DNA of 64,000 nt from Balanoglossus misakiensis (Eukaryota > Animalia > Hemichordata), in contig CM082577.2 of the NCBI GenBank assembly GCA_040954595.2, positions 3,844,305-3,908,304 of the forward strand. The letters are read 5' to 3'. Numbering within the stretch: the stretch's first letter is position 1; each line of letters begins with the position of its first letter. This document shows, in pieces, positions 1-15,400 of the stretch. The translations under genes were made by a program, and so were the position numbers. The notes beneath the pieces are model-generated. The model worked only from the letters and a program-made list of their open reading frames with translations, had not been told where the DNA came from and did no database searches.

Positions 1-471
1 AATTACAAAGCCAACATCTTAGTCGTGCGATTGGTTTAATTCATTGGAAATTGTCAAGAGAGAATAAGTGTCAGAAGCTGCCACACGTTCTGTTTCAACA
101 CGTGCAGCGACAACTGTAAGCGACGCGGGAATCCAATAAAGTAATTGCTTTGAATGTTACGTAATGACAGTAAATGGATCATGTGGACTGTTGCAATAAT
201 TTATGAGGGGTTTAGGTTTATAGGCAGTATAACTTAAGTGTTAATAATTTGAACCTTTGACTTAAGAATATATATATCAGTATCCTTTCATGTTGGATGA
301 CCACATTTTGGTTTTTAAATCTCATTTGCATATTTTGTGTTTAAAGTGCCCAGTTTGATTTCAGTTTGATGAAAGTCAATTTCATCGTGCATGCTCTGTC
401 TAGAGTATGACGAATTGCAAAGGACACGTTCGCTTGTAAGTTTATATTACCAAGGCTCAGAACATATGAAC

Positions 472-584
472 TAGACTCGCTTGTTAATACCTTGAACCTG
501 AGAATGACGAAGCCGCTGGCAACGAGCGACTCTCTGTCGTGACCTCGTCGCTCCCAGAGTTTCAAGGTCTGACAAGCGAGACCA
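472..584. mobile_element. Short foldback / MITE-like palindrome
   Basis: Left arm tagactcgcttgttaataccttgaacctgagaatgacgaagcc matches the reverse complement of the right arm (tggtctcgcttgtcagaccttgaaactctgggagcgacgaggtc); no clear TSD. Confidence 0.55.
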
Positions 585-3500
585 ATCATGGCACGTCTCT
601 ACATAGAATTCGCTGTACGGAATTATTCCCGGAACCATACCTTATAATTATGATCTGGCAGATGAAGTTAACTTGTTCTGTGGCGGTGTCGTTCCACTTG
701 CACTTCGTGTGATATTTTATTCCTGCTTTATTTTCCACGCTGTGGAATTAGCACGGATAGCCTGAGGCGCGCAACTTTGAAGCGTGACTTTCTACTCGCG
801 TCGAGTCTTCTAACATTGCACCAAAGAAATTGGCGGTACAATTACAGTTGGCTATTCCCCATGGCAAGACTGCCTCTCTGCAAAATCATGACACGATGTA
901 ACACAGATGGAGAACATCATTCATTAGCCACCATGTTTTCAGGGGTATATTATACTGTGGCCAGTCCTGTGTCGTGTCAGAAATTACACAATCCACGTGT
1001 TAAACCCGATCGAGCCACTAAAGTTAAATTAGTATTATTCGCAGTTGTGTACGGTATATTTAAAATGGTGATCAGCTAGGTTTACTATACATATGATACT
1101 ACTAAACTCCTTACTAATAGCACAGTCCCCCTATAATACTAAGAGGTACAGTGTACATGTACTGGGCAAATAGTTAAAATTCAAAATGGCCGCCTTTAAG
1201 TGCCGCACAGTGTCTCCTTTGAAATGAATATAATCGCAGTGCATCCATGTCGTCACGTAGTGGTTGCTTAATTAGGCACGTGTGCACGGGTCACTCGGCT
1301 TCCTGTTATGGAGCAAGGCCCAGACGATTGACAGTTCGTCAACCACTTCAGAATATCAATTAAACATTGGCACTTTAACGATGTGATGGAACTAAGAGAG
1401 GGCCTACTTTATCAACTGTGAAAAACGCTTGTCTTAAGTGCATTGACGGCCATGAGACAGTAGTGTTATATTATTGAATTTTCACATTTTTAAATCATTC
1501 ACACTTTTAATGCATATTTTTGACCGTTGTATCACACCCAGTCAACTGAATTCCATTCAAAATGGCGACCTCTTGACATATTAATCTACATGTATGCAAG
1601 GTACAATACAGCATTCTAAGGTTTCAACGAAGTGCTGCTCTATTTGTCCTACTACTTCAGACTGTCAAGAGGCATGATGATTTAATTGTTTTTGCCCCAG
1701 TCATTCCGGTTGTGCGGAGTTAGTCACATTAATCAGCATTATTCCAAAGCAAATCTTTGAAACTTGATATTGTGTTTACTCAAATCTAAACTTCAAACAC
1801 ACGCAATGGGATCGCAAAACCTACACAAGAAAGATATTCCCGTGCCAAATATCGAGTTAAAATGTCTGTGGCTTTTCAATGTTTTGAATCTCAAAATTTT
1901 AGCAGATGTAGTTATTGAGTAAAAAAAGTGTGATCAAGATGTGATCAAGATACATGTAGATAATTATTGACCAAGAGCTGACAGTGTTCAATCATGAACT
2001 ATAGGCAATTAAGATGAAAGCCCTTCATTCAGAAATTGAAGGAATTCCTTCCCCCATATTATGAGGCTTATTCAAGTGAACTTGTCGGCTAGGCTTGGAT
2101 AAATATTATTTTAGCTGCTTCAAATATAACACTTCATATTTTTGTACAATCTTATCAAAGCAAAAGGGATTGTACATACATGAAACTGTAATGAGTGTAA
2201 ACACTAAAACTGTGCTGTGGGTTGACAGGTGGCGAGGGCAGGGGACGGATGGCTGGTTAAAATAAAATATTTCGCGCATCTATACTTGAGGAGGTTACCT
2301 GTGTGGTTATCGCATGCTAGAGTTGAATATGCTACGGTTGGCTACTTCATTCATTCTAAGAATGATCTTCAGGGATTTGTGGATGAATTGTAATGTTTAT
2401 AAACAAACAAACGTGGTGCGGCGACCCCTTCACTTTAAATGTTTTTCGCGCGGCTGGGAAAGTACCGGTACTTCAAAAAATGTCCGCCTCCGGGATACCA
2501 TGAAAAGGGGTCATATCTACACCCACTACATGATAATAACGTCTGCTAAATCGCAGCTCAAAGTTCAATCGAATTCCCTATATTTCTTATTGCTGATGGT
2601 TCCGGCTCTATCCGCATGTTCCTGATGAATGCGTTGTTAATTTTTATGGTTGTGAAAAATGGGGCCGACACGGAAGAGTTCGGAAATGTTATTGCCATTT
2701 AGAATTCTGCGCCGACGCGCCACGACTGACGTCATAATGGACGTGTCTGTGTTTGGGGGTTAAAATATAACATACATGTAGCAATGTTACTCAAATCACA
2801 GTTCCCCCGTGGAGGGATTTATTGTGAGTGTGACACAAGAGAATGTGCATTGGGAAAACATGCGTGTTATTTTCCTTCTGACCAATTTCGATTATCCACC
2901 AACACAGTGCTGTAAATTATAATAATTATAATGTGAGGACTGATTACCGGTAGAACACCACAAGACAATGTGCCTTCTGACCTTTGAGACACACTATAAT
3001 ATTGCAAAATGAAGTGATAATGTGTAAGTCATGTCATGTGTTATTGCACTGTGTTGAAAGAGAAAGGACATTCGCCCACGACACTGATCTCTTGACAATA
3101 CCACGCCCAACATGCCCCACAAACATGCACAAATCTAGGATAGTTTTAAAGTCAATTATGCAGGCTGGCAGAAATAGAAATGTGCCGACATTTTGTATAT
3201 GTGCGTGTACTGATTTTTCACAGTCTGGATGCATGCGAATTAATCAACGGAAGGCAATTTCACCATGTAAAAATGCACAAGGACATTTGAACAATGACTG
3301 GTATCACATATCACCCCCAATCAGGCCCAGGCACTGACTAAAAACCAGTGTTTGCTCTAAACATATATAGTTATGGGCTACGTTTAGCTTTTAACAAATT
3401 AAAGTATCACGCAGTAGTGCATTCTGCGATAGATAATGAAAGTTTGGTTGATTATGCATTGTTATTTCTCTTCAAGTGATCACAATATATTCACAATGAA

Positions 3501-3855
3501 ACTCTATGTAAATGCGTTCTTTCCAACCCCTCCATAAAGGAGGTGTACGCGTGATATTTGAGTAAACTTTTGAAAGTCGTGAACTGTCAGCAGAAAAGTT
3601 TATATCGTTCGAACGAACTCATTGAGATTTATGGCAAGCGCGAAATCTCCAGCAAAATTACATAAGCCAAATCGAATTAATTAATTGTGATTTCTGGACA
3701 ATTCCTCTAGCAAAACCCCACCATACAGTCTATTGATGTTTCGTAATGAGAAACACAACGACAAGCTGCCAGAAAATCCGGAATAGACGGTACCAATTCT
3801 TTACCCAGCAAATGTTCTAAATCCACCATTCCATCAGCTATTTATTCCACCATCA

Positions 3856-3881
3856 AATCAATCAATCAATCAATCAATCAA
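3856..3881. repeat. (AATC)n microsatellite
   Basis: About 6 tandem AATC units. Confidence 0.85.
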
Positions 3882-6800
3882 ACGTCAAACGGTGAATTTA
3901 ACACATTCACATTACAGCATGTGATTAATACATGCCAAACTAATTAGATTTCTCCTTCGAATTCGTTGCCCAATGCATGCCAATACTCGCCTCATTCCGT
4001 ATTCAAAACTCGCTTGCGCCCAACACGGATTACTAGAACTCCGGCTTAAAACGCGCAGGTTCTTTTCATCAGAATTCATGCGAATTAAGTATTCAAACGT
4101 ATACAAATAAACCTGGAGCATTTCGCATTGTCCGAACAACTCTAAGCCAAATGACCGACTTTAATCACGTGTCACGCATTAAGCACATGGCAGTCAGGGT
4201 AATTCGCTCCAAAGAAATAGCAATTATAGAGATAATTAAATTTAAAGATGAACGCTTCAAATTGACAGGTGCCATGGCTCACACATTTGCAATATTCTAT
4301 TATTAATATCGCGTTGATAATCACAATTTATGTATTGGCTGTGGACAGATTAGCTAAAGAGAAAATACAAGTAACTTTTTTTAAATGTGTGTGCGTTTTT
4401 TATGTCAATGGATTTTAACACATGTTCTTTAAATCTTAACTCTATTAACACATTAAAGATGACTATGGAAACGTTAGAGCATTGAGGTACGGTAGTACGC
4501 ATTTATGTAAATTACAAGATATCGAAATCAGAATAACATTCTTAGAGCTGGCCGTCATAATGTTGATATCCATCCCTTGTTGTAATTTCACATTTTTATA
4601 TTTAAAAGAAATAAGACACAAGTCAAAGTTATAAACACATATAGTACGGCATTCCGCACAATAATGTGACGTGCCCAGTGACTCTCGTTTAAACGACCCA
4701 GACACTGCGGCTCCACGCTGGCGTTAAATCCACTGTACACGGAGGAAGTGGGATTTGCTAGGTGGCCGCGCGCACCTTTGTTGTGTTATTGCTTCATTAC
4801 ACATTTTTACAGCTTGCAGAAATGACGTCAGCTATAAACGTCACCACCTTCATGTTTGGTCTTGTCATTTTAGCGGCTCCGTTTATTCACCGGACTGTCG
4901 ACACCTGGTCTCATTCTCACCGCGACAGACTCCTTTTATCTGACTATTTCTGAATCTTACGCCAATGGGATGCCCGGAGCAACTACTTATTTGTCGAAAC
5001 CCACACGTTGCACTGTGAGCGGAAAGATACAGGTTAATGATCCTGGGTCTTTTTCATGTTTTGTCATTTTATTCAGGCTTTCATTAATGGATACACTGTC
5101 CCCAAAAAACAGGCTGACGTATTTCACATAATATTGAATTTCACAACACTAGTATCAGAAAGCCTTGAACTCTATTCCCTAAACGCTCTGGAATCTCCTT
5201 CAAGTGCCAATATAAGCTTACACGCCCGTCTTAATTAACAAGCTCGAGGCTTTGCAATAAGCAAGTGTCCTGTACTGCAGATCCGACACATACCGACCTA
5301 TTACAGAATGACCCTGGGAGGTATGGCACTGAAATCCTGCGGAGTATCATAATGCACGAAACATATCTGCTATACTATTTCTGCCAGATCTCTCGGGACC
5401 AGTCAACGAATAAGATCTTACTTTTTATTGATCGGAGCGTTGTGCATATGATCGGCCAATGGGTGTTTAATTGGACGTCGCAGAACATTACGAGGATGCG
5501 AGAAAAACACATTTATTGAATTTGCTTATTAAATGACGCGTTTTATTGATATCGTCTTTCAAAGTGATTCATAACGTGCAGACGTCGGTGATACGTTATT
5601 AGTTTGCACCAGACTCGTGATTCTTTAAGATTAAACTGCCCAGTCGCAATATTAGAAACCAGTTGAGTGCCCCCTTGACCACGGTCGCTCGTGATCGTGC
5701 ATTGACTGATGATAAGGTAACACTCACGATTCTTAGATAAGTGTGAAAATCTTAACATGCTTTTTAAGAAGATTTCATCTGAGCCAAAATACATAGTTTT
5801 GCCATTGTTCACCAAATTGCCTCCCCTTGGCAGCTGTGACAGGGTTGGGGTGATTATTCACCATGGCGTACAAGTGAAACATTTGGGGCAATATGAACTG
5901 TCATTGGTGGTAAATGACTAACCATTGGGATATTTTATTGATCATACAAGTTCACCATGGCGATACATCGTTATTAACTCTGCTAGTCTTCTATTATTGA
6001 CAGCTGTACTTTTCACTCCTGATGTTATTCAACTTGTATCTTTGAGGTACATTTACAATTTAGATGTCTGCTAGTACTGCGCAAAAACCAATAAATGCTG
6101 GATACGCGAGGCGGTACAACTTGTTTTGGCTGACGATAAAAACGAATGACGAAATGTTTTTGTTTTTTTTACCTCTTTGGAAATAATATCTTTAAATGTT
6201 ACTGTAATTAGTCATACTACCGTACATTGTAATTGTTGCCTTGGTATCCGGCTGACTATTAAGTATCATTAACCTAATCAGTTAAGATTTTCTTTCTGAG
6301 TACAAGTAAGTTCAAGTTTTTTTGTTGTGGACACGTGACATTTACTTCTCTGCTTTTCTGGGTTTTTTTTCACCTTTACACGTTGACATGAGAGCAAGGT
6401 GGATCTCGACGGGGAAGTGTAAAGGCATACTGGTGAGGATAGGGGTCAATTCCTTGTGACATATGCATGTATTGATCGACAGAAAAGCGATTCGAAATCC
6501 CCGCGATGCACTATTCATGAGCGGGTCTTAGGTGTCGTGGCTGGTGAATTTAGAGTGGAAATTCATTGTGTCGTCTGTGCGTGACCGTCACAAGAATAGC
6601 TCCCATCTATTGCCCACGAAAGATGACAGACTTAAGTGCATACATGTATACACCAGTGAAGCAAAAAATCCCATTTCGGACGCACGCTACTGCTGAATGT
6701 CGTGTCGTCATCGCAGGTTGAATTCAGAACCCACCGATTTATTTCGTTACAACCATGCATGAATTACTTCAACTCGCCATTGTGTACTTCTCACAAAGCT

Positions 6801-8899
6801 ATCTACCGGTAAGCTCGCCGCGATACATCAACGCAACGTTTATAAATTAATGTATACGGCCGAAACTCGTCTCGGTATTTTTATGTGCGCATCGCCATGG
6901 ATTGGAATTTCAAAGGCCGCACACTTTTAATTTTTTTAAGCTCTCGTAAGTTTGTGCCGGCGAATTCGCGCCCTGACGTTCTCGACATAATTCCGCGCTT
7001 CAGTGAAGAAACGCAAGAGCCTCATCTAGCCATCGCAATCGCATACCTCTGAAACATGTTCCGGTGTATTCACTTGCGTTTATTGCGAATGAAAGTTACC
7101 TTGAAATCAAACAAACGACGTCTCGATTTGCATAGCGTGGAAATTATCAACCATGATTGCAATCAAAATAGAATCTTTTATTGGTATAGGCCAGGGACGT
7201 GTTGATAGTCTGGCGGCGATTTTAAATTTCACTGGTCCATACTGTACACAGATAACGGGGCCTAAGGATGTTCACATTGAGCACATACCAACGAATAATT
7301 GAATCTTAATTAAGGCAGGCGGGGGGACGGATGCCCAGCTGTGTTTTGAAGTGCCAATGCACGACATCGTGTCTGTCATATTTGCTGTGGATTGACTCAG
7401 GCAATTGCACATGTTTGAAAGTGTATAGATCCCAGTTGATATGACTAGGCGGAAAACGAACGTTTGCTTTTTCCGTCGAACAGACTGTACATCACCTCAA
7501 TATTCGCTTTGTTGTGATTTTAGAATACTGAATTCCAATCGAATTCGAAAAACACAGATTTCATTTTATATTCAGACAGAAGGCTCGACGCTATGTATCA
7601 CTGTAAGTAATCAGCGATAGCTTGTCGCCAACTCCGAGAAGTGTCAACCAATAAATCTATCATTATTCCTAAAGAACGACCTAAAATTGTCAGAACATTC
7701 ACCTTATCAAGAGCCGTGGCACCTCAAATGTTGCACAGAACTTGGCGTAATGGATTGTGTATAGGTACATGGTAACACGCTGCGAGAATAATTTGCAGTA
7801 AATCTGGATTATACTGCACTACGACCTTGGTGATATGAATTGTACTTTTTGATTGGAGCAATCAATCTATTTGTGTTGAGAGGAAGAGGCGGAAAACCAA
7901 TATATTCGTCGTGTGAATTCTTGTACTCCGCTAAATAATAAAAATCATCCAAACCATGGATAAGCATGGCATATCAACGCAAACAGACAAACGGTGCGTG
8001 CGTGAACTCCTGAGTTAGAAATGTTCAAACGAGAAACCTTGAGCGGACTGAACATGATACAGCTTTCATTAAATGTATAATTCAGCTAGCTGGTCGTCGC
8101 AACGTGCCAAAACATGCAAGTAACTTAAGTCTGAAAATGAATCTTCGTTACGACGTGAACTGACAAAAGACCTCACACGTGTGTATCCTAATACTCCAAA
8201 GAACCAACTAAATTAAGATCGTTTGTCCCGCACCTATTAGGGTTTTTATTGCAAGTTTTGAACATGTGAGCGTAATTGTTACCTAACATTTGACTTTAAT
8301 TTCTGTCTTTGGAATGTTCTAAATACTGAAACTTGGGGTGGTTTGGTTCGCCAACTTGTAACGTCGAGTTTCTCGTTTCAGTCTGGCTTCAGATTCCTAT
8401 ATATCCAGAGGCTGGGTGAGGCATACTGAGTGATCGCCGGTAGAGTTATTTCAATATATCAGACTATCCCTTGTAGTCCTCTGAGGCATAACATGATATT
8501 CAAACAATACCCACAAAGAGATGCCCCCGAAGTGTGTTTTTCCTTCATTTCCTGACCCGATTGCTCACACGGTGTGAAATTATGCACGGCATGGTGTGAG
8601 GTTGTCGCTATTCTTACTTGTAAAGCTCGCTAAATTAGCGCCGAGTTGGAGAGCCTACACTCGATTGTTGACCCTGTCGGGTTCAGTAATCGTCAAATGA
8701 AACACTAAGCGTGTACTGCTGATGGCTATGTCCGAGAAATATAGATCCGGGGACTTTTGTTATTTTAAGTACTGTGTGATGCCTGCCTATATGCGCTGCG
8801 TGTTTCGATTGCATTGTGTATGCAGTGATAACTGAATGTGCCGCCTACAGTAGAAAATCTATCAAACAGATTCGACCTCGAATTCGTGTCAATACTTTT

Positions 8900-9471
8900 C
8901 ATCGTTATGCATCACAGCCAATAGGACTCTCCCGGCAAAAGCAAACGAACGGTAACGGAGCAAACAGCCTGTCGAACGCGTACTTATCAACAGACGACGT
9001 GCGGAAAAAAAAACAGGCGTCTAATTCATCACGTGATCAAGATTGGCTCAGAGAACGTACGGCCTCCTGTGTCGGTGGCGTACCGGCGGATAGTTGTACC
9101 TGCGAAAAAAATGCATTAGCTTGTCGTCCGGGCGGCAATCTAAGCCCCTCGTATTTCTGATCGGCGCCGGTGAGAGCAGAAAACTGATATTCCCCTTCAG
9201 GGTTTAATTAAGAACTCAATACAAGATGAGGCATATGAGGAGAATCCGGCAGGAGATGATGATGCCATCGCCGATCGATCCGAACGTAAGTAAAGGACGA
9301 ATTTCTTATTGCGGACTTCCGCCTGGTTAAGTGCTCAGTTCGCGTGGCAGCAATCCCTGCTTGCCCAAATGACACAATCAATGATTCCGTAAAAGTCATC
9401 CCGGACCTTACCCGAGAATTGCCGATTAAGAAACAAAACAAAGCAAACAAATTCACGGCTCACTAACATTT
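8900..9471 (+). promoter_or_regulatory. Candidate promoter and non-coding first exon of gene 1
   Basis: CpG-dense patch with CCAAT boxes in both orientations (~8918, ~9042), E-box TCACGTGA (~9028), ACTTCCG (~9315), Inr-like TCAGTT (9335-9340) and a consensus GTAAGT donor at 9472. Gene 1 coding exon 1 starts at an acceptor, so an upstream exon is expected. Assignment is inference. Confidence 0.3.
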
Positions 9472-12400
9472 GTAAGTCTGTCTGGTGCACTTGCGTTTAA
9501 TTCTCGCATTGCCCTGGCGTAGTTTGTAAAACAGGCCTCACTGTGTGAAAGTTGTTTGAAATCTGTTGATGTTACTTCAGCTTGAATTATCAAAGTCGGT
9601 TTCCTGTGTAACAAGAAACTCGGTGTGAGGATTCGTAGAATTTGTTTTTAATTTTTACACGAGATCATCGGAACAAGCAGCAAACAAACGCTCCCGAGCA
9701 AAACTTACAGAAAGAAGCAGCCACAGGTCGTGTAGTTTGACACTTCAGAAATATGGACAGACAAAAGAGTGAAACGATATAATATTCAATGTGTATTGTT
9801 AAGCAGGAGGACGGCTCTTAACTCTACGGTTATAACTATACTGTGATATCTCATTTCATAGCCATGTCTGTCGGAATATACAATGACAAAACCCTGCAGC
9901 GATAAAACGTGGGCAGTTCTTGTAGCATTACGACACGACGCTTGGTGCAACCACGTATATGAGTGACAGTGCATAAAGTATATTTCCTAACGCTACTTGC
10001 GACCAAGAAAGCCGGAAAATGTACGTGACATAATGGGAAACCGGGGTACCGTCTAGAAACTGACCGACGTGGTCCAATCAAGCAAGAAAGCGGCCACATC
10101 CCCAGTGCGTCGTGCAATTCAGGAAATCCTCCATTTTACCCAATAAACGCACTGACCGAAACGAACTCGAGACACGCTTCTAAAAGAGTGGCCCGTTATT
10201 TCACAGTTGGAATCTGGTGTTCCATGATGCGAGAACGTGTTATGGGATTTAAAAATGTATTAACGAGGAATGCCGAAGCCCTTTATGAAATTTCACACAT
10301 CCGCAAAGTGGTTTCGAACGCTTCGCCATTTCCATCAGTGAATCGTCAGTGCACTCGTATGTCTTCTTCTGTTTTCAATTAAAATTGCGCTCGCTTTCAA
10401 TTGTAATATTTCCGTTGACCCAAATCAAGATATGAGAACCACTCAAAACCACGACGGCCCTGCATATTGTTATCTACAGAGGCCACACTAGCATATGGTA
10501 CCTAGAAGCTGATAACTTATTTATGGTTTTTCCTTAAATAGCTCTGCGGGATTGTAAAATTCACAAAATGCCTGTTTTACATGTAGTTATCAATAAGAAT
10601 ATATTTTCGGTACTTTGTTTTCCAATCGTTAATGTTCCACGATTCTATTTTACTCGCTCGTATGGCAGTACACGTCACGCATGCACGAGATTGCAACCAG
10701 CACACCATAAGGAATGAGAATAACATGATAGACTCGCAGGATAAGTGTTTAAAATGCGCCGAGCCAATCGATGAATGTGAAAAACGAAAAATAGTTTATC
10801 TTAGAAATAGCGCCATTGAAATCTTAAAATGACGTTACAACTGTGAGCCATTTGAGGGGAAATTGCAGTTCTTCATTGACAAAAGGCTATTTCTATGCCT
10901 GACATGTTTCTAAAATAACGGCAGGTGAAATCGAATTTTTAAAGACCAACTTTATCGAATCATACCGTTACTTTTTACCGAGACTTTTTCCCACTGCTGG
11001 AAACATCGGCTGTCAAAATTGATTATGCATAAAACACCTTCGTTGTCAAAAAACTAGTCACGAAACGTTACTGAAACATGACGTTGTTGCCTCAATACTG
11101 TTTGTTTTTTTGTTGATATCAATTTGACACATTTGATTCCAGGAAAAAAAATATTGACGCAACCAACGAGGTGGCTGTGACTGAGTAAACAAGACAAGAT
11201 ACCATTTATATTCAATGTACAATTTGCTATCCATCTGTCTCATCCTGGAAAACTAGAAAAGGACTCCCAAGAGGATATACAAGAACTCCACAATTCAACG
11301 TAGGATTGAATATTCGAGGGACCACTTATGGTCAATCTCACAGGCCTATCGCTCTGTACTTATACCGTACACCCTGTAGAAATTCAACACCTGACTGACA
11401 AAATTTACAACTTGCCGATGGGAAATACTCTTTCTCAGCTAGTGATATATCTTTTCAAGCTTAGTGAGGCAGAATACAGCCTTCCTCTATGCCACTCGAC
11501 TAAAGTACTGTTATGATGAATACTTCGCAAAGTTTAAGGACACCGTGCGTTCCATGCTGGTTAACTATCCATTTTAAAAATTACCTCCATAATAACATGT
11601 TCTAAATAAGAGTACGAGGATTGCATAAACGCAACACACTTCTATTAATTAATTTTGAAGACGATATTCGTTACACAGATGACAGAACGACAAGGGAGAA
11701 CTCTCCCTCCCTCTCATGTTGGACGTGACAACCCAAACAATCCAATGACACCAAAATAGACATGGTAATACGTGTTATTCACATCACACAGGCAGCACTT
11801 ATCCCACTAACTTCTTCCAAAGTGAATAATGCACAGCACTTGTAAATCTGACGGCGTTATAAAGGTTGCCGGGGAATGTTGTCAGTGTAAATATTCGGAA
11901 ATCAATACTGCAGACTTTATTGAGGGTAAAAGTGGGTATTTACATATTCGCTGGTTATCAGGCCGACTAGTTTGACCGCCCTTCCATCAGTCGAGTCTCC
12001 TGTGGCCAGTGACAAAGCAAAGCAAATAAGTCAACATCGGCTAAATTCGATATGACGTCTAGATAAATCATGAAAGTTTGACACGTGGTGATAGTTATTG
12101 TCACCACCTGCTTTTAAAATACACACGATAAGATATACTACGAAGATGCTTCGACACATTGCATTCTGGTTGGCATGTTAACTGTTATAGTACAACTGAC
12201 TTCATTTACAGATAATAATGGCCAGAAATACTCTCGCATTGTCATCTGTGTCACAAATATCTTTCTGACTTGAATCGGAAAGAGACATTCGTTTTAAGGG
12301 TTCGTGTCTGAAAAGGGCTTAATTGATACTAGACATTATTGCCAGAAAAGGTACGTGTTTTTGCCATCAAACCGCTAAATATTTCCATTGGTGATCTCAA

Positions 12401-15400
12401 ATGGGAAGGGATCCGGAATTCAACATTTTATCAGGTGGTAATTACTATGGTCTTTGAACAATACATATAAAACGAACATTTCATTATTATTCCACCAGCA
12501 GAAACGTTCCCAGAGACGCGCCAACCGTGCTTCCGCATGTATTTCCCCAGACCTATGCAAACTAATGGCTTTCCGCGACAAAAACGGCAATAAGCAAAAC
12601 GTGACCAGACTACAATAACCGATGCAGTGTTGGCGAGGAGCCTTTGTGAGAAGCGTTATTCCAGCGCCACGTTTGATTGAAATAGTCGATTTATGTCAGA
12701 GATTCCAATAAACCTGCAATAACTTCTGCAACGATCTCCACTACAAAGGCATATCAGACCAACCGGGCACATCAAATCGTCGAAAAAGAACATGCAAAGT
12801 GATTTATTATTCATGGCATTTCTGCCATTAGAGATTGGTATCTACAGTCTCTGTACCGCTGTGTGCGGTCATAACTCGAAAATCATGACAACATCAGCCT
12901 TCTCTCGGTGTATTAAGAAGCCCCGAGGCCATAATTTGTAGACCACAACACCTGATCTTGTTTGTTACGGGGGGAATCCTGCCACACTAAAGTCTCAGAA
13001 GTATCCGTTCAAAAACTACTTTGCATATTGCCTAATCGTTGATTACGTAGGCGCAGTTCAGATGTACAGCTGAAACTGGGCACTAAACGCGTGCTTAAAA
13101 CCTCTTTCGTACATTGCAAGATCGACACAGTGCCTACACAAAAAGGTGCCTTCAAAGGGCTAGCACAATTGCTCAATAAATGCAGGCAGAATACGACAAA
13201 ATGTATTTTGGAAAACCTGCCAATGCAGAATGCCAGCAGGTACCCTGCGTACTTCCACATCTGCACCATACACATTTTGACTTTATTACCATTCATAAAC
13301 ATTTTACTATACATGTTAACAAAAATAACTTGGTATCGCATGTGTCCTTAAATATTGAGACCGGCATCGCTGACAACAAAAATGGAAAATATATTTTTAA
13401 AACCGACACAGAAACACATCACGAACACTATCAAAACAATTCTATAGTCCCTTTGTAACATGTCTGTCACGCAAACCGTGTTAATTATAACAATCTCAGG
13501 ACACCATACCACATTAATTTTATCTCCACGTGATACTAGTCCCAGTAATTAAGCTTGTTGTCGATGTACCATACTTTATGTATAATTGAAACACTGTAGA
13601 CATGAAACATTATTGTAAACGTAACAAAGCTAAAACAGACAAACATGATGTTTTATGACAAGTATAATTAACCAAGCACACGCCAGGGCAATCACGTCAT
13701 GTCATATGCAAAAGATATGGATGGGCGATCATTGGCTGATACCCTGCCTCAGTGACAAGCACAAAGAGGCAGGAAATGGCAAACCGCAATATTTAGTGTG
13801 AAATCTGATTGGCAAATAAATGAGCACTCTCATTGGCCATGATCACTTCCAAAAAATATCAGTTTATGATTGAACTGGAGCTAAAATCAAAACAACTACT
13901 GACGCAAATGTACCTAAATTTCACACCAGACACGCATTAACCAACTTCCATGTGTCGAAAAACTAACATAATACAAAATGGCGGAATGCCTGTATCTGCG
14001 TCTATCTACGTGACGCGTCTTGCTTGTCTGGTCACGTGAGATGCAGTGATCGGTGAAGGGCGATCAATGGTTCAGAGTAATAAAACTGTGATGAGATTCT
14101 CTATTGGCCTTTAAATGACGACATCTGAGAGGAAGAAGTCGACATGGCAGCGTGTCTGTCAGATCGAAGGGTCGTATCTCGAGATAAATGGCACACCTAT
14201 AGTGCGTCTCTCGGCAAAATGGTTTGAGCCAGTGAAGCATGTCCATTGGTGATGAGCGGTAGAGGAAATTGCCATTTTGTCGTCCCTTACACTTGTTATC
14301 CAGAACAGACGCGTTTTTATGGTTGCGTGATAGGTTTGTGACAAACATATTGTCATCATTGGCTAATTAAATTGTTTATTCCAAAAACCTACAAATGAAT
14401 AGATCGTTGGAAGGCTTTATATAAGCATTGTGCAATTTAAAGTACCGTTACAGATGTCCGTTTTAACATTACAACCAAAAACGTATGTATACTGTCAGAT
14501 CAGAAAAATAACAGCATTTTTAAAATACTGCATAATCGTTTTGTCGTTATTTTTTTGTGTAAATTGCATCATCAATCTATAAGACAGTTAAATAATTCAG
14601 AAAAAAATGTTTGAAAAGAATAACTGGTAAATTTGGTGGACATCCAGTGACATGATTACAGATTTTAAGGAGATTGAGTCTACGGCAATCAACAGAGAAA
14701 CCGTACAAGTAACAAAATTACTTCTGTAGCGATGTAGAAGATAAGCAAATACCGTGAAGTGGAGTGCCTTAGACAACATTTCTATATTTAAGGACATTGC
14801 GTATTATGCAACTGTTACCTTGCACATAAGAGAATCTGGATGCGGCGTTTATTGCTGTACTGTGATTGAACGGCACGGAACTGTCAACGAATCTCGGGAT
14901 GAAGTCCTCGGGGAATTGCACAAAAGTGCCGATAACGCGTTTCTTACTTGTGTTTTCGCAGCTATTTTGTTTTACGGCTCTCTTATTGCGAGAAGGTTAA
15001 TAATTGTTTGGAGAATGAAATGAGTATTAGGAAGTAGACAAGCCATATAAGGAAACCCACTTCAGCCGTCTTGCATGGAAACGTCTTCTTATCTGTCACA
15101 TGTTGCCTAAACTTCATCTGTACATCACAACGTGAAATAAATAGGTATGACTGGTGATCTTTTACCATAGCCACATTCATTCCTTCACGACCCACTGTGT
15201 GCGTGTGAAAGTTGCTTGTATTTTAAGTTTAAAATAGCCATACGGAACTATGAAATGAGAGACCGATTGGTTTTCAAATATAGTGATTGCATTCACGACA
15301 TTTGCAAAAGATGGTGGCATGAATTAGTAATTCTGTCATTTAGATACAAATATAGAAGCAAAAGTCGAACATCCTTAAATATCACTTTCCAGTGTGAAAT

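Noticed and set aside
2727-4829. Perfect CRE palindromes TGACGTCA (~2727, ~4822) as activity-dependent enhancers
   Set aside because: 8-mers occur by chance at about this rate, and no link to a promoter can be shown from sequence alone.
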